Source: Candidatus Woesearchaeota archaeon (lineage in GTDB: Archaea; Nanobdellota; Nanobdellia; Woesearchaeales; UBA119). Taken from it: a DNA stretch of 64,000 nucleotides. Each line of letters starts with the position of its first letter. Positions within the stretch are counted from its first letter, which is position 1. The stretch covers positions 1,858 through 65,857 of the forward strand of contig JASGME010000005.1 of the NCBI GenBank assembly GCA_030156615.1, given 5' to 3'. Positions 1 to 11,300 of the stretch are shown here, piece by piece. The notes below the pieces were generated by a model. The model was not told the DNA's origin. It was given only the letters and a program-made list of their open reading frames with translations, and made no database searches. Made by a program: the position numbers and the translations under genes.

Positions 1-1485
1 CTCTGTATCTATCTCAGGTTGATTCTTTTCTGGATTCTGGTGAAGTGCTAAAACATGTTCGGCAAGTTCAGTATCCTTCTCCTTGTTTGGCAAGTCTTTT
101 ATTGTGAATATTAGGTCAAATCTATTTACAAGTGCCGGAGGCATATTGATTTGCTTTGCTATTGAGTCATAAGGATCAAATCTGCCAAATTTTGGGTTCG
201 CTGCCGCCAGCACAGTTGTTTTTGCCAGTAGTGTTGCCTGAACATTTGCCTTACTTATGCTGATTGTTTGTTGTTCAAGAGCTTCATGCATTGCACTCCT
301 GTCCTCAGAGCTCATCTTATCAAGTTCATCAATTATACACATGCCGTTATTTGCTAGGACTAATGCCCCTGCTTCAAGAGCCCATCCACGCAAAAATTCA
401 TCCTTTACCACAGTTGCAGTCAGTCCTGCACCTGTAGCTCCCTTACCAGAAACATATCTTGCTTTAGGAGCAACAATGCTTGCTCTCTTTAGAATCTGTG
501 ATTTTCCTGCACCAGGATCCCCTACCAGCAAAATATGTATGTCGCCTCTTGTGCGAGATCCATCCGGCCTTACCTTCTCAACACCAGAAAACATCTGAAG
601 AAGAAGGGCTTCTTTTATCTTTTCATAACCGTATATTGATGGAGCCATCGCATCAACAAGTTTTTTCGTAAGTTTCTTGTCCTTGCTTAGCTCAATTATC
701 TTTTCTTCTTCTTCTTTTGTGATGTTCAATTCAGAGAATTCCTCTTGGAGCGGTTCTAAATAATTTGCTTCAACATATAAATCAAACTTTGTAGAAGTGC
801 CTCCTGTTCTTAGAGTTATTGGTGTCTCTTTTATTATCCCAGCAACTTTGACTTTTGAACCCGGGTTTGCTTTCCTTTCTGTTATTGGGCTGACTAAATC
901 TTCTGACAGGATGACGCCGATCCTTTTTGGCTGATCTGCTCCATCAAGTCTCTCTGGCATTTCCTCAAGAACTATCCTCTGAACATCTATCATGTTCTTG
1001 CTAATTAGCTCAAACTGAGTCTTATTTCCGCATGCGCATCTAACAGGCGTTTTGAATTTATTGTCATTTTGAAGAACAACATGGATTTGACCGCAATTCT
1101 TGCATCTGAACTTGGCAGATGTCGCTCTAGGCCTGACATCAGACTTTTGCCTTACAAGACCTTCAAAAGAATAAAATTTTGAAAGATGTATAGATCTTAT
1201 GTCTCTTATCTGCAAAGATCTGGATTCTGGCAGATTTTTAAACCGAACATTAAAATTATCTATGTTCTCGCCAATATTTAAATTAAGTATTGCTGCGCTT
1301 GCAGCTTCCAGGGCCTGTGTAGGTTCTTCTAATAGGTATTCAGCCAGCTCAATGTCGTATTGACTGAGCTTAATGAAGTCTACAATAACGAAATTCTTAT
1401 CGTTCTTTGCATTCTCTAAAATCTCATCTTCATAATAGAGTTTAAAGAAATCCTGAAACTTTTCAATTGCTTCTTCAATCTCCAT
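1..1485 (-). CDS. mcm: Replicative helicase MCM (3' end runs off the window; not in ORF track)
   Basis: Manual translation from ATG at 1485 (MEIEEAIEKFQDFF...) is open to position 1. Zn finger CKNC...CAC, GDIHILLVGDPGAGKSQ (Walker A), GAGLTATVVKDE, LEAGALVLA, CIIDELDKM (Walker B), MHEALEQQ, AAANPKFGRFD, NRFD arginine finger. Confidence 0.97.
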   Translation of the reverse strand, partial: MEIEEAIEKFQDFFKLYYEDEILENAKNDKNFVIVDFIKLSQYDIELAEYLLEEPTQALEAASAAILNLNIGENIDNFNVRFKNLPESRSLQIRDIRSIHLSKFYSFEGLVRQKSDVRPRATSAKFRCKNCGQIHVVLQNDNKFKTPVRCACGNKTQFELISKNMIDVQRIVLEEMPERLDGADQPKRIGVILSEDLVSPITERKANPGSKVKVAGIIKETPITLRTGGTSTKFDLYVEANYLEPLQEEFSELNITKEEEEKIIELSKDKKLTKKLVDAMAPSIYGYEKIKEALLLQMFSGVEKVRPDGSRTRGDIHILLVGDPGAGKSQILKRASIVAPKARYVSGKGATGAGLTATVVKDEFLRGWALEAGALVLANNGMCIIDELDKMSSEDRSAMHEALEQQTISISKANVQATLLAKTTVLAAANPKFGRFDPYDSIAKQINMPPALVNRFDLIFTIKDLPNKEKDTELAEHVLALHQNPEKNQPEIDTE

Positions 1486-1634
1486 TTTATCATCCTGTTT
1501 GAATTGTTAATCTGGTGAATATTTTCGTCAATGGAGGAGCTATAAATGAAGCTTTAACATGGTGCCTAATTTTATAAACCCTCTACTGCTTGGTTCTTCA
1601 TTCTTTTTCCTGTTGATTAATCTAGTATTAATGC

Positions 1635-2183
1635 TTATTCTACTTTCTTTAAGTGCTCAAGAAGTTTGTCAGTGGCTTTATTTACCTCTTCCTCACTTTT
1701 AGTGCCAGTGCAAACTATCTTCCCATTTGAAAATAATAGGAATGTTGCATTAATCTCGTCATCCATTAGTTTATATACTAAACCCGGGAATTGTTCAGGT
1801 TCATATTCAGTATTCCTTAGTTTTATCGCTAGTTTGTTTAAATTGATGTCAAATCCTATGCTGCCAGATGCAACTATATTCTGAACCTTTATCTTTGGCT
1901 TTATTGTTACATTTACCCCTACTTTCTTCAAATAGAAGATTATCTTCTGGATGGCCTCTTCAACCTTTTCCATAGATCTTGCTCCAGTACAAACAACATT
2001 GCCAGAGCTAAATAGAAGGGCCGAACTTTTTGGTTCTTTTATTCTCAATACAAGTCCCGGGAATTGTTCAGGATTGTATTCTGTGTTTGTCAATGTCGCT
2101 GCCATCTTCTCTAAAGGTATGTCTTGTCCTAACGATGTATTAACTACTATGTTTACAACTTCTATTTTCTTGTCTTTTGCCAT
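1635..2183 (-). CDS. tbp: TATA-box binding protein
   Basis: Two TBP repeats: NIVV...EYNPEQFPGLVLR...LLFSSGNVVCTGA and NIVAS...EYEPEQFPGLVY...LLFSNGKIVCTG. ATG at 2183 preferred over the TTG at 2198. Confidence 0.97.
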   Translation of the reverse strand: MAKDKKIEVVNIVVNTSLGQDIPLEKMAATLTNTEYNPEQFPGLVLRIKEPKSSALLFSSGNVVCTGARSMEKVEEAIQKIIFYLKKVGVNVTIKPKIKVQNIVASGSIGFDINLNKLAIKLRNTEYEPEQFPGLVYKLMDDEINATFLLFSNGKIVCTGTKSEEEVNKATDKLLEHLKKVE

Positions 2184-2226
2184 TTTTGGTTCCCCCAATC
2201 TTTGATATTTACCTGCTATGTTGGTT

Positions 2227-2263
2227 TTATTTATAAAGGTTTTTAAACAATCTTTATAAATAA
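2227..2263. promoter_or_regulatory. Perfect 12-bp inverted repeat containing back-to-back TATA boxes upstream of tbp
   Basis: TTATTTATAAAG (2227-2238) and CTTTATAAATAA (2252-2263) with a 13-nt spacer. On the minus strand, AAAAACC-TTTATAAATA is a BRE/TATA-like element placed suitably for tbp. Confidence 0.6.
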
Positions 2264-2377
2264 TATGCTGTCTTAAACTCAGTTTTTCAGAACCAAAGGC
2301 CCCTTTATTTCCTGTGGAAAACCAACAATCTTGTTGAAGAAGTTGTTTTTTTTAAACTGATTTTTATTGTAACCCTT

Positions 2378-3694
2378 TTATATCCCTTTTTTCTTAGGTA
2401 TTGCGTTCGGACTAGATCCACCATGCCATGTTATTCTTGGTCTTATTTGTATTGGAAGCATCCTTTCATTGTAATCATCAAATACAAGGGCAGCCCCTTT
2501 TGTTTTTGGTACATTGCTGACCTGTTCATCAAGCCCCTGCCTCATATAACTTTGCATCATTAATCCCAATGCTTTTAAATCAACCTCTGCTGTTAATCTA
2601 TGCGATATGAATATGTCTGACTGGGTCATTACATCTGTATGAATCTTTCCCGGCTGCTGGGTTGCCAATACCATTGAAATTCCCGGTTGCCTTCCTTCTC
2701 TAAGCAATGTTATCAATGCCTCTGAGGCAGGTGTTTTTCCTTCTTTTGGAAGAAATTCATGGGCCTCATCTATTATCATCCATACTAAAGGCTTTTCCTT
2801 TTTTTCTTTCACATCAAAGCTTGAAAAGTATTCCATTGATGATTTTAATTCTTCAAACTCTTCAATCCTTCTTGATTCCATCCTTTCCTGGAATAATCTT
2901 TGTGCTATGATGCCTATGACAAGACTTTTTACGCTCTTACTTCCCTGCATTGTAACATAACAACTTAGATCTATTATTGAGACCCCTCCTCTATAGACTA
3001 TTGAAGCTAGAGGAGTTCCATTCATAGAGAACAAGCCCCATGTTTTTGCACTATTAAACCTGTTGATTGCACTTAACTTTGCCTCTTCAGGAATTTCCTT
3101 ATCTGATTTAATATGCTCTATTATCTCATCTATGCTAAATCTTTCTTTTTTCTTCTTTAGGTCAAATATTGCTTTTTCTATTACTGCACCAACCGTAGTT
3201 GTTTGTTTTATATTAAATGCGTTACACCAATCAGACGGCGATAGCTCAGATGGAATTATGGAGAAAGGAACATCTGCATCAATACCTTTTTTCTTGAATT
3301 TTTCATAGTATCCTTCAGGGATGAAAACCTTTGCTTCCTTGAATCCTTTTTCTTCAATGCCCCATTCCTTCAGAAGCTCTTTATCATTCTTATTTGGATA
3401 CTTCATTGTCCAATAGATTCCCATAGTATCCATAATAACAACAGAAAGATTGTTTCGGACCTCTTCTTCAACATTGATTATACCTTCTGTTATTGATCCC
3501 ATAGTGTATGATTTACCAGAGCCTCTCTTACCCGATATGAGAATTACATGAGGCGATGCAAGGTCAAGGTAGATATTATTTGATAAAGAACTTACATTGC
3601 CCATCTTAACATATTGCTTGCCTATGAAAGCTGTTCCCTTCTTTCCATACTTCTTTATATCTGATTCGCTTCTTCCTATTATTATCTCATACAT
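2378..3694 (-). CDS. HerA/FtsK-superfamily (DUF87-type) ATPase
   Basis: Walker A ISGKRGSGKS, Walker B MIIDEAHEF, REGRQPG arginine-finger motif, ATQQP. Confidence 0.88.
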   Translation of the reverse strand: MYEIIIGRSESDIKKYGKKGTAFIGKQYVKMGNVSSLSNNIYLDLASPHVILISGKRGSGKSYTMGSITEGIINVEEEVRNNLSVVIMDTMGIYWTMKYPNKNDKELLKEWGIEEKGFKEAKVFIPEGYYEKFKKKGIDADVPFSIIPSELSPSDWCNAFNIKQTTTVGAVIEKAIFDLKKKKERFSIDEIIEHIKSDKEIPEEAKLSAINRFNSAKTWGLFSMNGTPLASIVYRGGVSIIDLSCYVTMQGSKSVKSLVIGIIAQRLFQERMESRRIEEFEELKSSMEYFSSFDVKEKKEKPLVWMIIDEAHEFLPKEGKTPASEALITLLREGRQPGISMVLATQQPGKIHTDVMTQSDIFISHRLTAEVDLKALGLMMQSYMRQGLDEQVSNVPKTKGAALVFDDYNERMLPIQIRPRITWHGGSSPNAIPKKKGI

Positions 3695-3782
3695 ATCTAC
3701 TCATTACTTTTCATTGCTTAAAAGTTTTTCTCATTCTTTCAACGGAGAAAGATTTAAAAATTAGCTCTTCTTCAAAGAAATC

Positions 3783-4436
3783 ATGCCAAGACTATTAAAA
3801 AAGATTGTTGACAGCAATGTGGAGATTGTTTGGTTAGGGCATTCCTCTTTTCGTATAAGGATTATTAATAAGAATATCATCATATATATAGATCCATTTA
3901 ATCTTAATTCAAAAAATCCTATTGCCAACTACATCTTTATAACTCATCCACACTTTGACCATTTCAGCCCTAAAGATATTAAGAAGATTTCTTATGAAAG
4001 AACAAAGTATATCGTTCCGAGAGAGCTTTATAATTACTATCAAAACAGTATTGCACTTTCTCCTCCCTCTTCTTATGATTTTGTGAATTTTGGTTGTGAT
4101 ACAGTTGAAGCATACAATAGAGGCAGCAATTTTCATCCAAAGGAGAACGGATGGATGGGATACATCTTTAAGATAAACGGATTAAGGATATATCATGCAG
4201 GAGATACAAATCTTATTCCGGAGATGAGTGTAGCAAGAGGCTGTGACTATGCAATGCTGCCTATAGGAGGATATTATACAATGGATGTAGATGAAGCTTG
4301 TGATGCCTGTAATCTTATAAAACCTAGATTTGCTATTCCAATGCATTATGGAACAACAATAGGAAACGAAGCCATGGCAGACGAATTTGCTGAGAAAGCT
4401 CCCTGTCAAGTCATAGTTCTTTACCCAGAAAGATGA
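3783..4436 (+). CDS. Metallo-beta-lactamase-fold hydrolase
   Basis: WLGHSSF, IYIDPF, THPHFDH, YHAGDT, IPMHYG. Confidence 0.92.
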   Translation: MPRLLKKIVDSNVEIVWLGHSSFRIRIINKNIIIYIDPFNLNSKNPIANYIFITHPHFDHFSPKDIKKISYERTKYIVPRELYNYYQNSIALSPPSSYDFVNFGCDTVEAYNRGSNFHPKENGWMGYIFKINGLRIYHAGDTNLIPEMSVARGCDYAMLPIGGYYTMDVDEACDACNLIKPRFAIPMHYGTTIGNEAMADEFAEKAPCQVIVLYPER

Positions 4437-4633
4437 GCAAAAATGAACAGATGAACACAAAAAGAAACGAAAGAGCAAAAATCATTGAGAATTATTCTAA
4501 CGATTTTAGAAATATTTAAATATCCGAATCTAAATGATTTAGGTAAAAAGCGAAGGTGGCTTATTTGATGAACGGACTTAACTTTCTGTTGGCTGTATTA
4601 AAATCAATCTCTGGATTTTTCTTTCAAAATAAA

Positions 4634-7066
4634 ATGATTTCTTCTAAAAGAGGATTCGTCGACTGGGCCTTTGTCATCTCAATGTGGGTTGTTACTGCTA
4701 TAGTCGCAGTTGCAGTAGGCACGATGATATCAGGGGGGTCCGATGAAGTCCCTCCACAACAAGATCCAGATAAATGTGGTTATTATGGTTCTTATGAAAG
4801 TTCTGCAAAAGGGTTTTGTCTAGAAAACCCACCTGATGAACTACCGAATCCTCCTGAAGGAATGAGTGAAGATGAGTTTAAAGAGAGTCTACTTAATTAT
4901 TCTTTTTTTGCCCCTTCAAAGGAACTAGGAAATTATTTTTGTGGCTGGTGCGGTAATGAAGAATGCAGTTCTTTGATTGAAGAAAATGGAACCATAATTA
5001 ACTGTACTGAGCGATGTTATGATAATCACGAATCCGAAGATATAGTTTGTGACTCTGAGTGTGTTTATGCTGTTGATTGTAAGAACTGCGTTGGGCTCTC
5101 ATTCGAAGGAGGACTTCCACATTTTGAAGAATCGTCCTGCATAGAAACTGAAGGCGATAAAATCGGTTGTGAATATTATAGTTCTAGCGAAAAGCAGTGT
5201 ATTACTCCAAACGGTTCTCCCGGTAATTGTAATTACGGAGTATGTAGACCTTCTTCGCCAGATGAATGGGCAATAAGAATCTGGCAGGGCGAAGAAGATT
5301 CCGTTGAAAATCTAGCCCTTGATTGGAATGTTAGATGTGATAGAGATGCTGATACTCCAATTCCCCAGCCTACAGAGGATCCTGATACTGGCGGTTATTC
5401 TTGCGATTTTAATCTTTCAGAAATTGCTGAAGAAAAAGGAGAAGAACCTCCTTTCTTTTGTAAATATGAAGGAGATTATTATCTCCAGTTCCGGTTTTAT
5501 AGTAAGGATTATGAAAAGTATTTCTCAATTAGTGATTCTGATGCAATGGATTGCGATGCCAATGGAAATTGTCCTTATGAAGGTCAATTCTTATTTAATG
5601 TTTCATATGACGAGAATCAAACTAATTGTGAATGTTTTCTTGGAAAAGAGGGCGTGTTTAATTTAGGAGGAGAAATTAGTGGATGTTGTGGCGATGATGA
5701 TTATGAATTTATTGTTTACAGAAATGCTTCAGAGACGATGGATGAAGGATTTGTTACAAATCTTTCAGATAATGCATGTTGTGATGATAAAACCGATTGT
5801 GTTTCAAATAACCATTGTTATTCCAAAGGAGATTTTTCGACGGACGTTGACCTTGATGAAGATCTTGATGTTTGTTTTGCAGATCCCTCAGGCGTAGGTG
5901 TGTGGGTTGATTGTGTTAGTAATGATCAGAATAGTGCGCAGTGTGGTGGAGATAGTAGTAAATCTATCTGCGATATAACTTCTCATGATTGCATTGAGGT
6001 TAATTGTAATAATGGAATGGATGATGATAATGATGGAAAAACAGATGGAGAAGATGAAGATTGTAAGCCACACACAAGTTATACTGGTGAAGTTGGCTAT
6101 TGTTCTGTTTCAATGACAAAAGATGGAAACGAACCTTGTTTTTTAAATGAAGAAGAAGGATGTGTTTATGATGGAAAAATTGTAGATGATATGTTATGCA
6201 ATAATGGTAGTTGGCATTCAAGACAAAGCATGGGCTTTGCTTCGCTTTATGAAAATAAAGATGCTAATTTTATCCTTAAATGTGATTCTTTAGAAACTTT
6301 TCAACCTGATGATGTCTTCAACAATTTAGATTATACCATCAATTATCCTTTTTATTCTTCACATGACGTAGACAATATTATCTCTCAATGTGTGCAATCC
6401 GCATGTTATCTTACCTCAGCAGATGAAATGACTTTCTTATTTAATCTGAATCCAGATGATAAAAATTGTTTCCGTGTACATTCTCCATCATATATATTTT
6501 CTAATGTTGCAATTGATGATGCATTTAGTGCAGATTCAAATTCGCGTGAATCTTTTGAGAAATATTCTTTAGAAAACGGAGGTGCCCTGTTTTATAATAA
6601 CTATACAAAACAGTTTGCTTATTCAAATACAACAGACTTTGGACTCTTTGTAACATATAGTCATAGTCCTGATGATGAGGTGTTGAAAGAGTTATATGAA
6701 GGATTATCTAATTTACCAGGGGATCTCAATGAAGTCCTAAAAAACTCATCAATCATTCGCTCATTAATATATTATGATATTGGAGATGTTTTAATTCAAG
6801 GAAAAAATGCTCAAAATGCGACATCATCTTCTTCAGAGTATGGTATTCGTTATACCGTTTCGGTCCTTTATGAAGGGATACCGGAAGGACTAGAATCTTT
6901 TTTGGAGGATCGGTTTGAAAGGTGGTGCGGTGCTGGTATGGGATCTGAATCTTGTAAATATCTAAAAGATAAAAACATTTTTTATTCATCTTTATTAACA
7001 AAGGAAAATATAAACACAAATTTTTGGCCTGATTATACTTCAATGTTGTTTTCAAGTATAAGATGA
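4634..7066 (+). CDS. Large Cys-rich, acidic secreted protein with class III (archaeal pilin-like) signal peptide
   Basis: From ATG 4634: MISSKRG|FVDWAFVISMWVVTAIVAVAVG. Many Cys and CC pairs; CNNGMDDDNDGKTDGEDEDC Ca-binding-like repeat. ORF-track start is 4556. Confidence 0.7.
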   Translation: MISSKRGFVDWAFVISMWVVTAIVAVAVGTMISGGSDEVPPQQDPDKCGYYGSYESSAKGFCLENPPDELPNPPEGMSEDEFKESLLNYSFFAPSKELGNYFCGWCGNEECSSLIEENGTIINCTERCYDNHESEDIVCDSECVYAVDCKNCVGLSFEGGLPHFEESSCIETEGDKIGCEYYSSSEKQCITPNGSPGNCNYGVCRPSSPDEWAIRIWQGEEDSVENLALDWNVRCDRDADTPIPQPTEDPDTGGYSCDFNLSEIAEEKGEEPPFFCKYEGDYYLQFRFYSKDYEKYFSISDSDAMDCDANGNCPYEGQFLFNVSYDENQTNCECFLGKEGVFNLGGEISGCCGDDDYEFIVYRNASETMDEGFVTNLSDNACCDDKTDCVSNNHCYSKGDFSTDVDLDEDLDVCFADPSGVGVWVDCVSNDQNSAQCGGDSSKSICDITSHDCIEVNCNNGMDDDNDGKTDGEDEDCKPHTSYTGEVGYCSVSMTKDGNEPCFLNEEEGCVYDGKIVDDMLCNNGSWHSRQSMGFASLYENKDANFILKCDSLETFQPDDVFNNLDYTINYPFYSSHDVDNIISQCVQSACYLTSADEMTFLFNLNPDDKNCFRVHSPSYIFSNVAIDDAFSADSNSRESFEKYSLENGGALFYNNYTKQFAYSNTTDFGLFVTYSHSPDDEVLKELYEGLSNLPGDLNEVLKNSSIIRSLIYYDIGDVLIQGKNAQNATSSSSEYGIRYTVSVLYEGIPEGLESFLEDRFERWCGAGMGSESCKYLKDKNIFYSSLLTKENINTNFWPDYTSMLFSSIR

Positions 7067-7073
7067 TGATAAT

Positions 7074-8378
7074 ATGAATCATAAAAATAGCAAAAAGGGA
7101 CAAGCGATGCTTTTCATAGTGTTAGCTTTAGTTCTCGTATTTGTTTTTGTTCTTATATTTAGCATTATGAGCCAAGACCAAGAGGATATTGTTGACAAAG
7201 GAAAAGAAACAGAAGTTAATGTTGCATTAAATACAATAGAAGGATGTGTAAGCAGAAAAATCAGCGAAGAACTTCTTGATTTGGGAAGACGAGGATTATT
7301 GGAAGAATATGATGTTGTTCCTATTGTTATGGAAAGACCAGAAGGGATAGAATTTCTTTATTGGAATCGCTATGCTCCTTTTGTTTGCGAAGGAAAAGAT
7401 TATAGCAAGGATATGGATCCTTTTAAGGATAATTCTCTTATTCTAAAAGAAGGTTGCTATAATAAAGAAGTATACGATGTTTGGGACGAATCAAGATTAA
7501 ACGTTGATGGTTTAGAATATAAATTTGAAGAATTTATTAGAAATATTTTAGCGGATCCTGAATGTGAATGCTATTCTTTTAGAAATGAAGCTTATGGATT
7601 TAATGTTAAGCCTGCTTCTGAAGTGAATGTTGATGCTACCTTTGGAAAGAATGAATTAATTGTTGATGTTGAAAGAGTTGTTCAGATTGATTTTAATGAC
7701 GGAAGTTCAAGTAAAATTAGTTCAAAGATTAGAGAAACAATGGATGTGAGGATTGGTGGTTTAATTGATTTTGCGAATACTGTCATCTTATATGATGGAA
7801 CAAACCTTTCTTTTGATCCAGTTGCTTATCTTTATGATTCTTTTCATGTTGAAATTGATGAAGAACAACAACACCCCTATAACACTGATGAGAAGATTGA
7901 TGTATTAAAGTTTGTAGATGAAAAGAGCCATATTAATGGACAGAACTTTGAACTTTGGGTCGGCAGAGAAAACTTCTGGCCAATTATTTCATTCACTCCT
8001 GCAAATGTAACAGAAAAATCAGGCGGCTCCATTTTAGAGTCTCGCGAAGAGGTTTATATCAATATCTCAAATCCAATTCAATATCTTCCAGACAACGCCT
8101 TTTTATATGATTTTATTGGGAATTGCTCTGAAGGGAACACTGAAGAAGCACAGAACAATCTTATAAATTATCTTCATACTCAAATAAAGTTTTATGATAG
8201 GGATGAAGATCGTCTTAACTCAACAAATAGAACAAATCTGAATTGTTTGATGTTTCCAGAAAGCAGCCATAATAATTATACTTTTTCCGTTGAATTCAAT
8301 TTAACGGATGGCAGGTTAAATTATAGCTCAACAATATATTTCAAATTATTTAGAGGGGATGACGTCAGTGAAGAGTGA
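7074..8378 (+). CDS. Pilin-like protein, class III signal peptide
   Basis: MNHKNSKKG|QAMLFIVLALVLVFVFVL followed by an acidic extracellular region. Confidence 0.72.
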   Translation: MNHKNSKKGQAMLFIVLALVLVFVFVLIFSIMSQDQEDIVDKGKETEVNVALNTIEGCVSRKISEELLDLGRRGLLEEYDVVPIVMERPEGIEFLYWNRYAPFVCEGKDYSKDMDPFKDNSLILKEGCYNKEVYDVWDESRLNVDGLEYKFEEFIRNILADPECECYSFRNEAYGFNVKPASEVNVDATFGKNELIVDVERVVQIDFNDGSSSKISSKIRETMDVRIGGLIDFANTVILYDGTNLSFDPVAYLYDSFHVEIDEEQQHPYNTDEKIDVLKFVDEKSHINGQNFELWVGRENFWPIISFTPANVTEKSGGSILESREEVYINISNPIQYLPDNAFLYDFIGNCSEGNTEEAQNNLINYLHTQIKFYDRDEDRLNSTNRTNLNCLMFPESSHNNYTFSVEFNLTDGRLNYSSTIYFKLFRGDDVSEE

Positions 8379-11300
8379 AAATAGTTTAAGGAACTTGGAA
8401 AGTTATAAACAACATTCCGTAACCCTACGAGTTAAATTAATACTCTTTGTTGCTTTATTTGTTCTTTTTTTGTTTCCTTTATTAATCGATGAAGCTTTTG
8501 CAGGATGTTGTCTAAGTCCAGAGAGCGGATTGGGTATCTATTGTACTCCAATCGAATCAGGATGTTATGGCGATGGTTATATAGATTCTTCTTGTTCTGT
8601 TGATGATTGCACCCTTGGATGTTGTTGTTATGAACATAATACTCCTTACAATTATAAGACTGTTCCGAAAGGATATTGTATTTATAAGAATGAAAATGAG
8701 GAAGGCAATATTGGAAAACTTCGTTTTACCTCAAAAGAAGAAGCCTTTGTTGGCGGCATTGATAGTTGTGCAGAGTTCTGCTCAAATCAACAAATTACTG
8801 GGAGCATTTCAGAGGAAGATTTGCTTTACTTCAAGGCAGAGACAGTTGAAGGATATTCAAAAGTAGAGGTCTCTTGGGCATTGAAACAAGGAGTTGGTGA
8901 TGGTTTAGATAAATATGTTTATTTTTGCGAAGTTGATGAAGATGATAATTGTATAAATCAAATACATTTTATTAAAGCGGATTCACCATATATCTTTTTA
9001 TTAGAATGGGATGCCTGCTATAAGTTTTATCTTAATGTTACTGGTTTAGGATCCTTTGAAGAGAACTATAGCGTTGCTTGTACAGGAAACGATGAATGTT
9101 CTTTTAAAAAGTTGAATCAATTATTCTGTTCAGATGATACTAACACATATGGATTCTGCACATATGGTAATGTGTTTGTTGACACAGGACATGAATGCAA
9201 GGATGATCCTGAAGGATATTGTAAATCAAAGATGGGGCATTTAGGGATGATGAATCAATCTAATTGCAATGAAGATTATCTATGTTTCTTAGATAAACAT
9301 CCATCGGGATTGTATAGTTGTTATAATTGTCCTGTTGAAGGAGGAATGGAATGTTATGATTATAAATCAAGAGATGCCTGTGAAACTGATTCTTGCAATA
9401 TAGGAAATTGCAGTTGGAAATCTTTGGGATCTGCAGATGGAATTGATTTCGGTATTTGCGTGAATACTGAAGAGTCGAATTGTGATAATTGCGGTCGCCT
9501 TTTTTCATCCAGTGTTGAATCAACTGCTCCTTATTCAAGTTGGAATGAGTTTCTTTATTCAGACTGCACTGAGGAAATTTTAAATCTGCTTAGCTCTGAT
9601 GAAGAAATATGTGAATTGCCCGAACTTTGTTATACGGGGGATGATGAAGAAACTTGTTTGGACTACAAAGATAAATCCAACTGCGAAAAAAATACTTGTA
9701 ATGTTGGAGATGGAGCAAAATGCGTTTGGGATGATGGAAGCTGTGGCAAGGATTTAAACAACGATGGATTAAGGGATTGTAGCGGGTTATCTGGAGACAG
9801 ATTGGAAGAATGCGAGCTTGACTTTTATCCACCGGAGTCAGATCTGATTAAAAGTGGTTCTGTGGATGATCTCGAGAATTATAAATTAAAAATTCAAATT
9901 TTGGATAGGAGAAATGAAGATGATTCAAGAACGCTGATTAATCTTGGAGAAGGTGATGAATTTAAAGTGTGTTCTCTTTATTCTTCTGATTCAAACTTCA
10001 TTAGTTGTGGTTCCAGTATTTCATATTATGCAAATGCAGAAAATTTGAATTCTGAAGAGATCTATGTAAAAAATTTGATATCCGAAGGTAAGTTATCCGC
10101 AGGAGAGGTAAATAAATTCAACTATTTTGCTATTGACAAAAATTTCAATATAGAATCAAAGATGAATTCTATTACAATAGATTTGAGTAGACTTGAAGTA
10201 TGTACAACGGATGTGTCTTGTGGTTTTGAGGGAGTGTGCAGTGTTGTCAAGAGAACATGTGATGCCGAATTAGGTGTTTTCTTGAACACTTGTGAAGCAG
10301 CACTTGATGAATTTAAAAAGAATAATGATTCTTATGAACCTGAAGAAGAAAGTTGTGATGGCCTCGATAATGATTGTGATGGTGAAATTGATGAAGATTT
10401 AAAGCTTACATATTATTATGATGGAGATAAAGATGGTGTAGGAAATAAGACAAATAAAAAAGATTTTTGCGTTGGTAAACCATTAGAAAATTATGTGGTT
10501 GAAGTATATGATGATTCTGGCAAGATTGTTTGGGATTGTGATGATTCTAATGCTTTAATTTCACCTCTGATTGAAGAAGATTGCGATGATGGAATAGATA
10601 ATAATTGCAATGGTGCAATAGATGCAAAGGATGCTGATTGTGTAGAAAAAGGAGAGCAATGCAACAATTGCGAAGACGATGATGGCGATGGCTTGATTAA
10701 TGAAGGTTGCCCAGACTTTGACAAAGATACTTATAAAGAAGTCAATGGGGCATTCAAATCAATATGTAATTGTGATTTCTGTAATAAAAATTGTTTATGT
10801 GGTCCAGATGAGTTTGATATGGATAAAGATGGGGACGGAATACTAAATCATCTCGACAAAGAGCCAGAAACTCCTCTTGAATGTCATCCAGAAAAGAATG
10901 TATGGAATGCATTATATATTACAGATGAAGGTATTGCAAAAGACAAAGATTTAGACGGAGTTTGTGATTATGCAGACAAATGCGAGGATACTGTTTCAGG
11001 CTGTCCTGTTGAGTTGAATCTCAGTTCTCCTAATGCGGGATGTCCAAAAAGCTGTGCAGATAGAAAGTGCTGGACTGATAGTTACTGTTCAAAATGTGAT
11101 GGAAATTGCGAAGCTTGTGGTGGTGGAAATTGGCAGCTTTGCACAAAAGAAGTATGTGAGAGTTGCAGCGAGGATTGCATATTCACTTTTGTTAAAGAAG
11201 TAAACGGAATAAAATATGGTAATTGCACAACATGCGTTGGAGATGAATGTGAAGAATTAAAGGAAAAAGAGATAGATGAATGTAGTGATGGTATAAAGAA

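Noticed and set aside
257-671. Plus-strand ORFs 257-598 and 480-671, and the many similar short ORFs overlapping long genes
   Set aside because: Antisense or alternate-frame shadows of well-supported genes (mcm, gyrA, leuS, ppsA etc.) with no motifs of their own.
1-1485. Frameshift or intein in mcm explaining its absence from the ORF track
   Set aside because: Manual translation is continuous and motif spacing is normal; it is missing only because the stop lies outside the window.
2227-2263. dif/Xer recombination site
   Set aside because: The spacer is 13 nt rather than the 6 nt typical of dif, and the arms are explained by TATA boxes.
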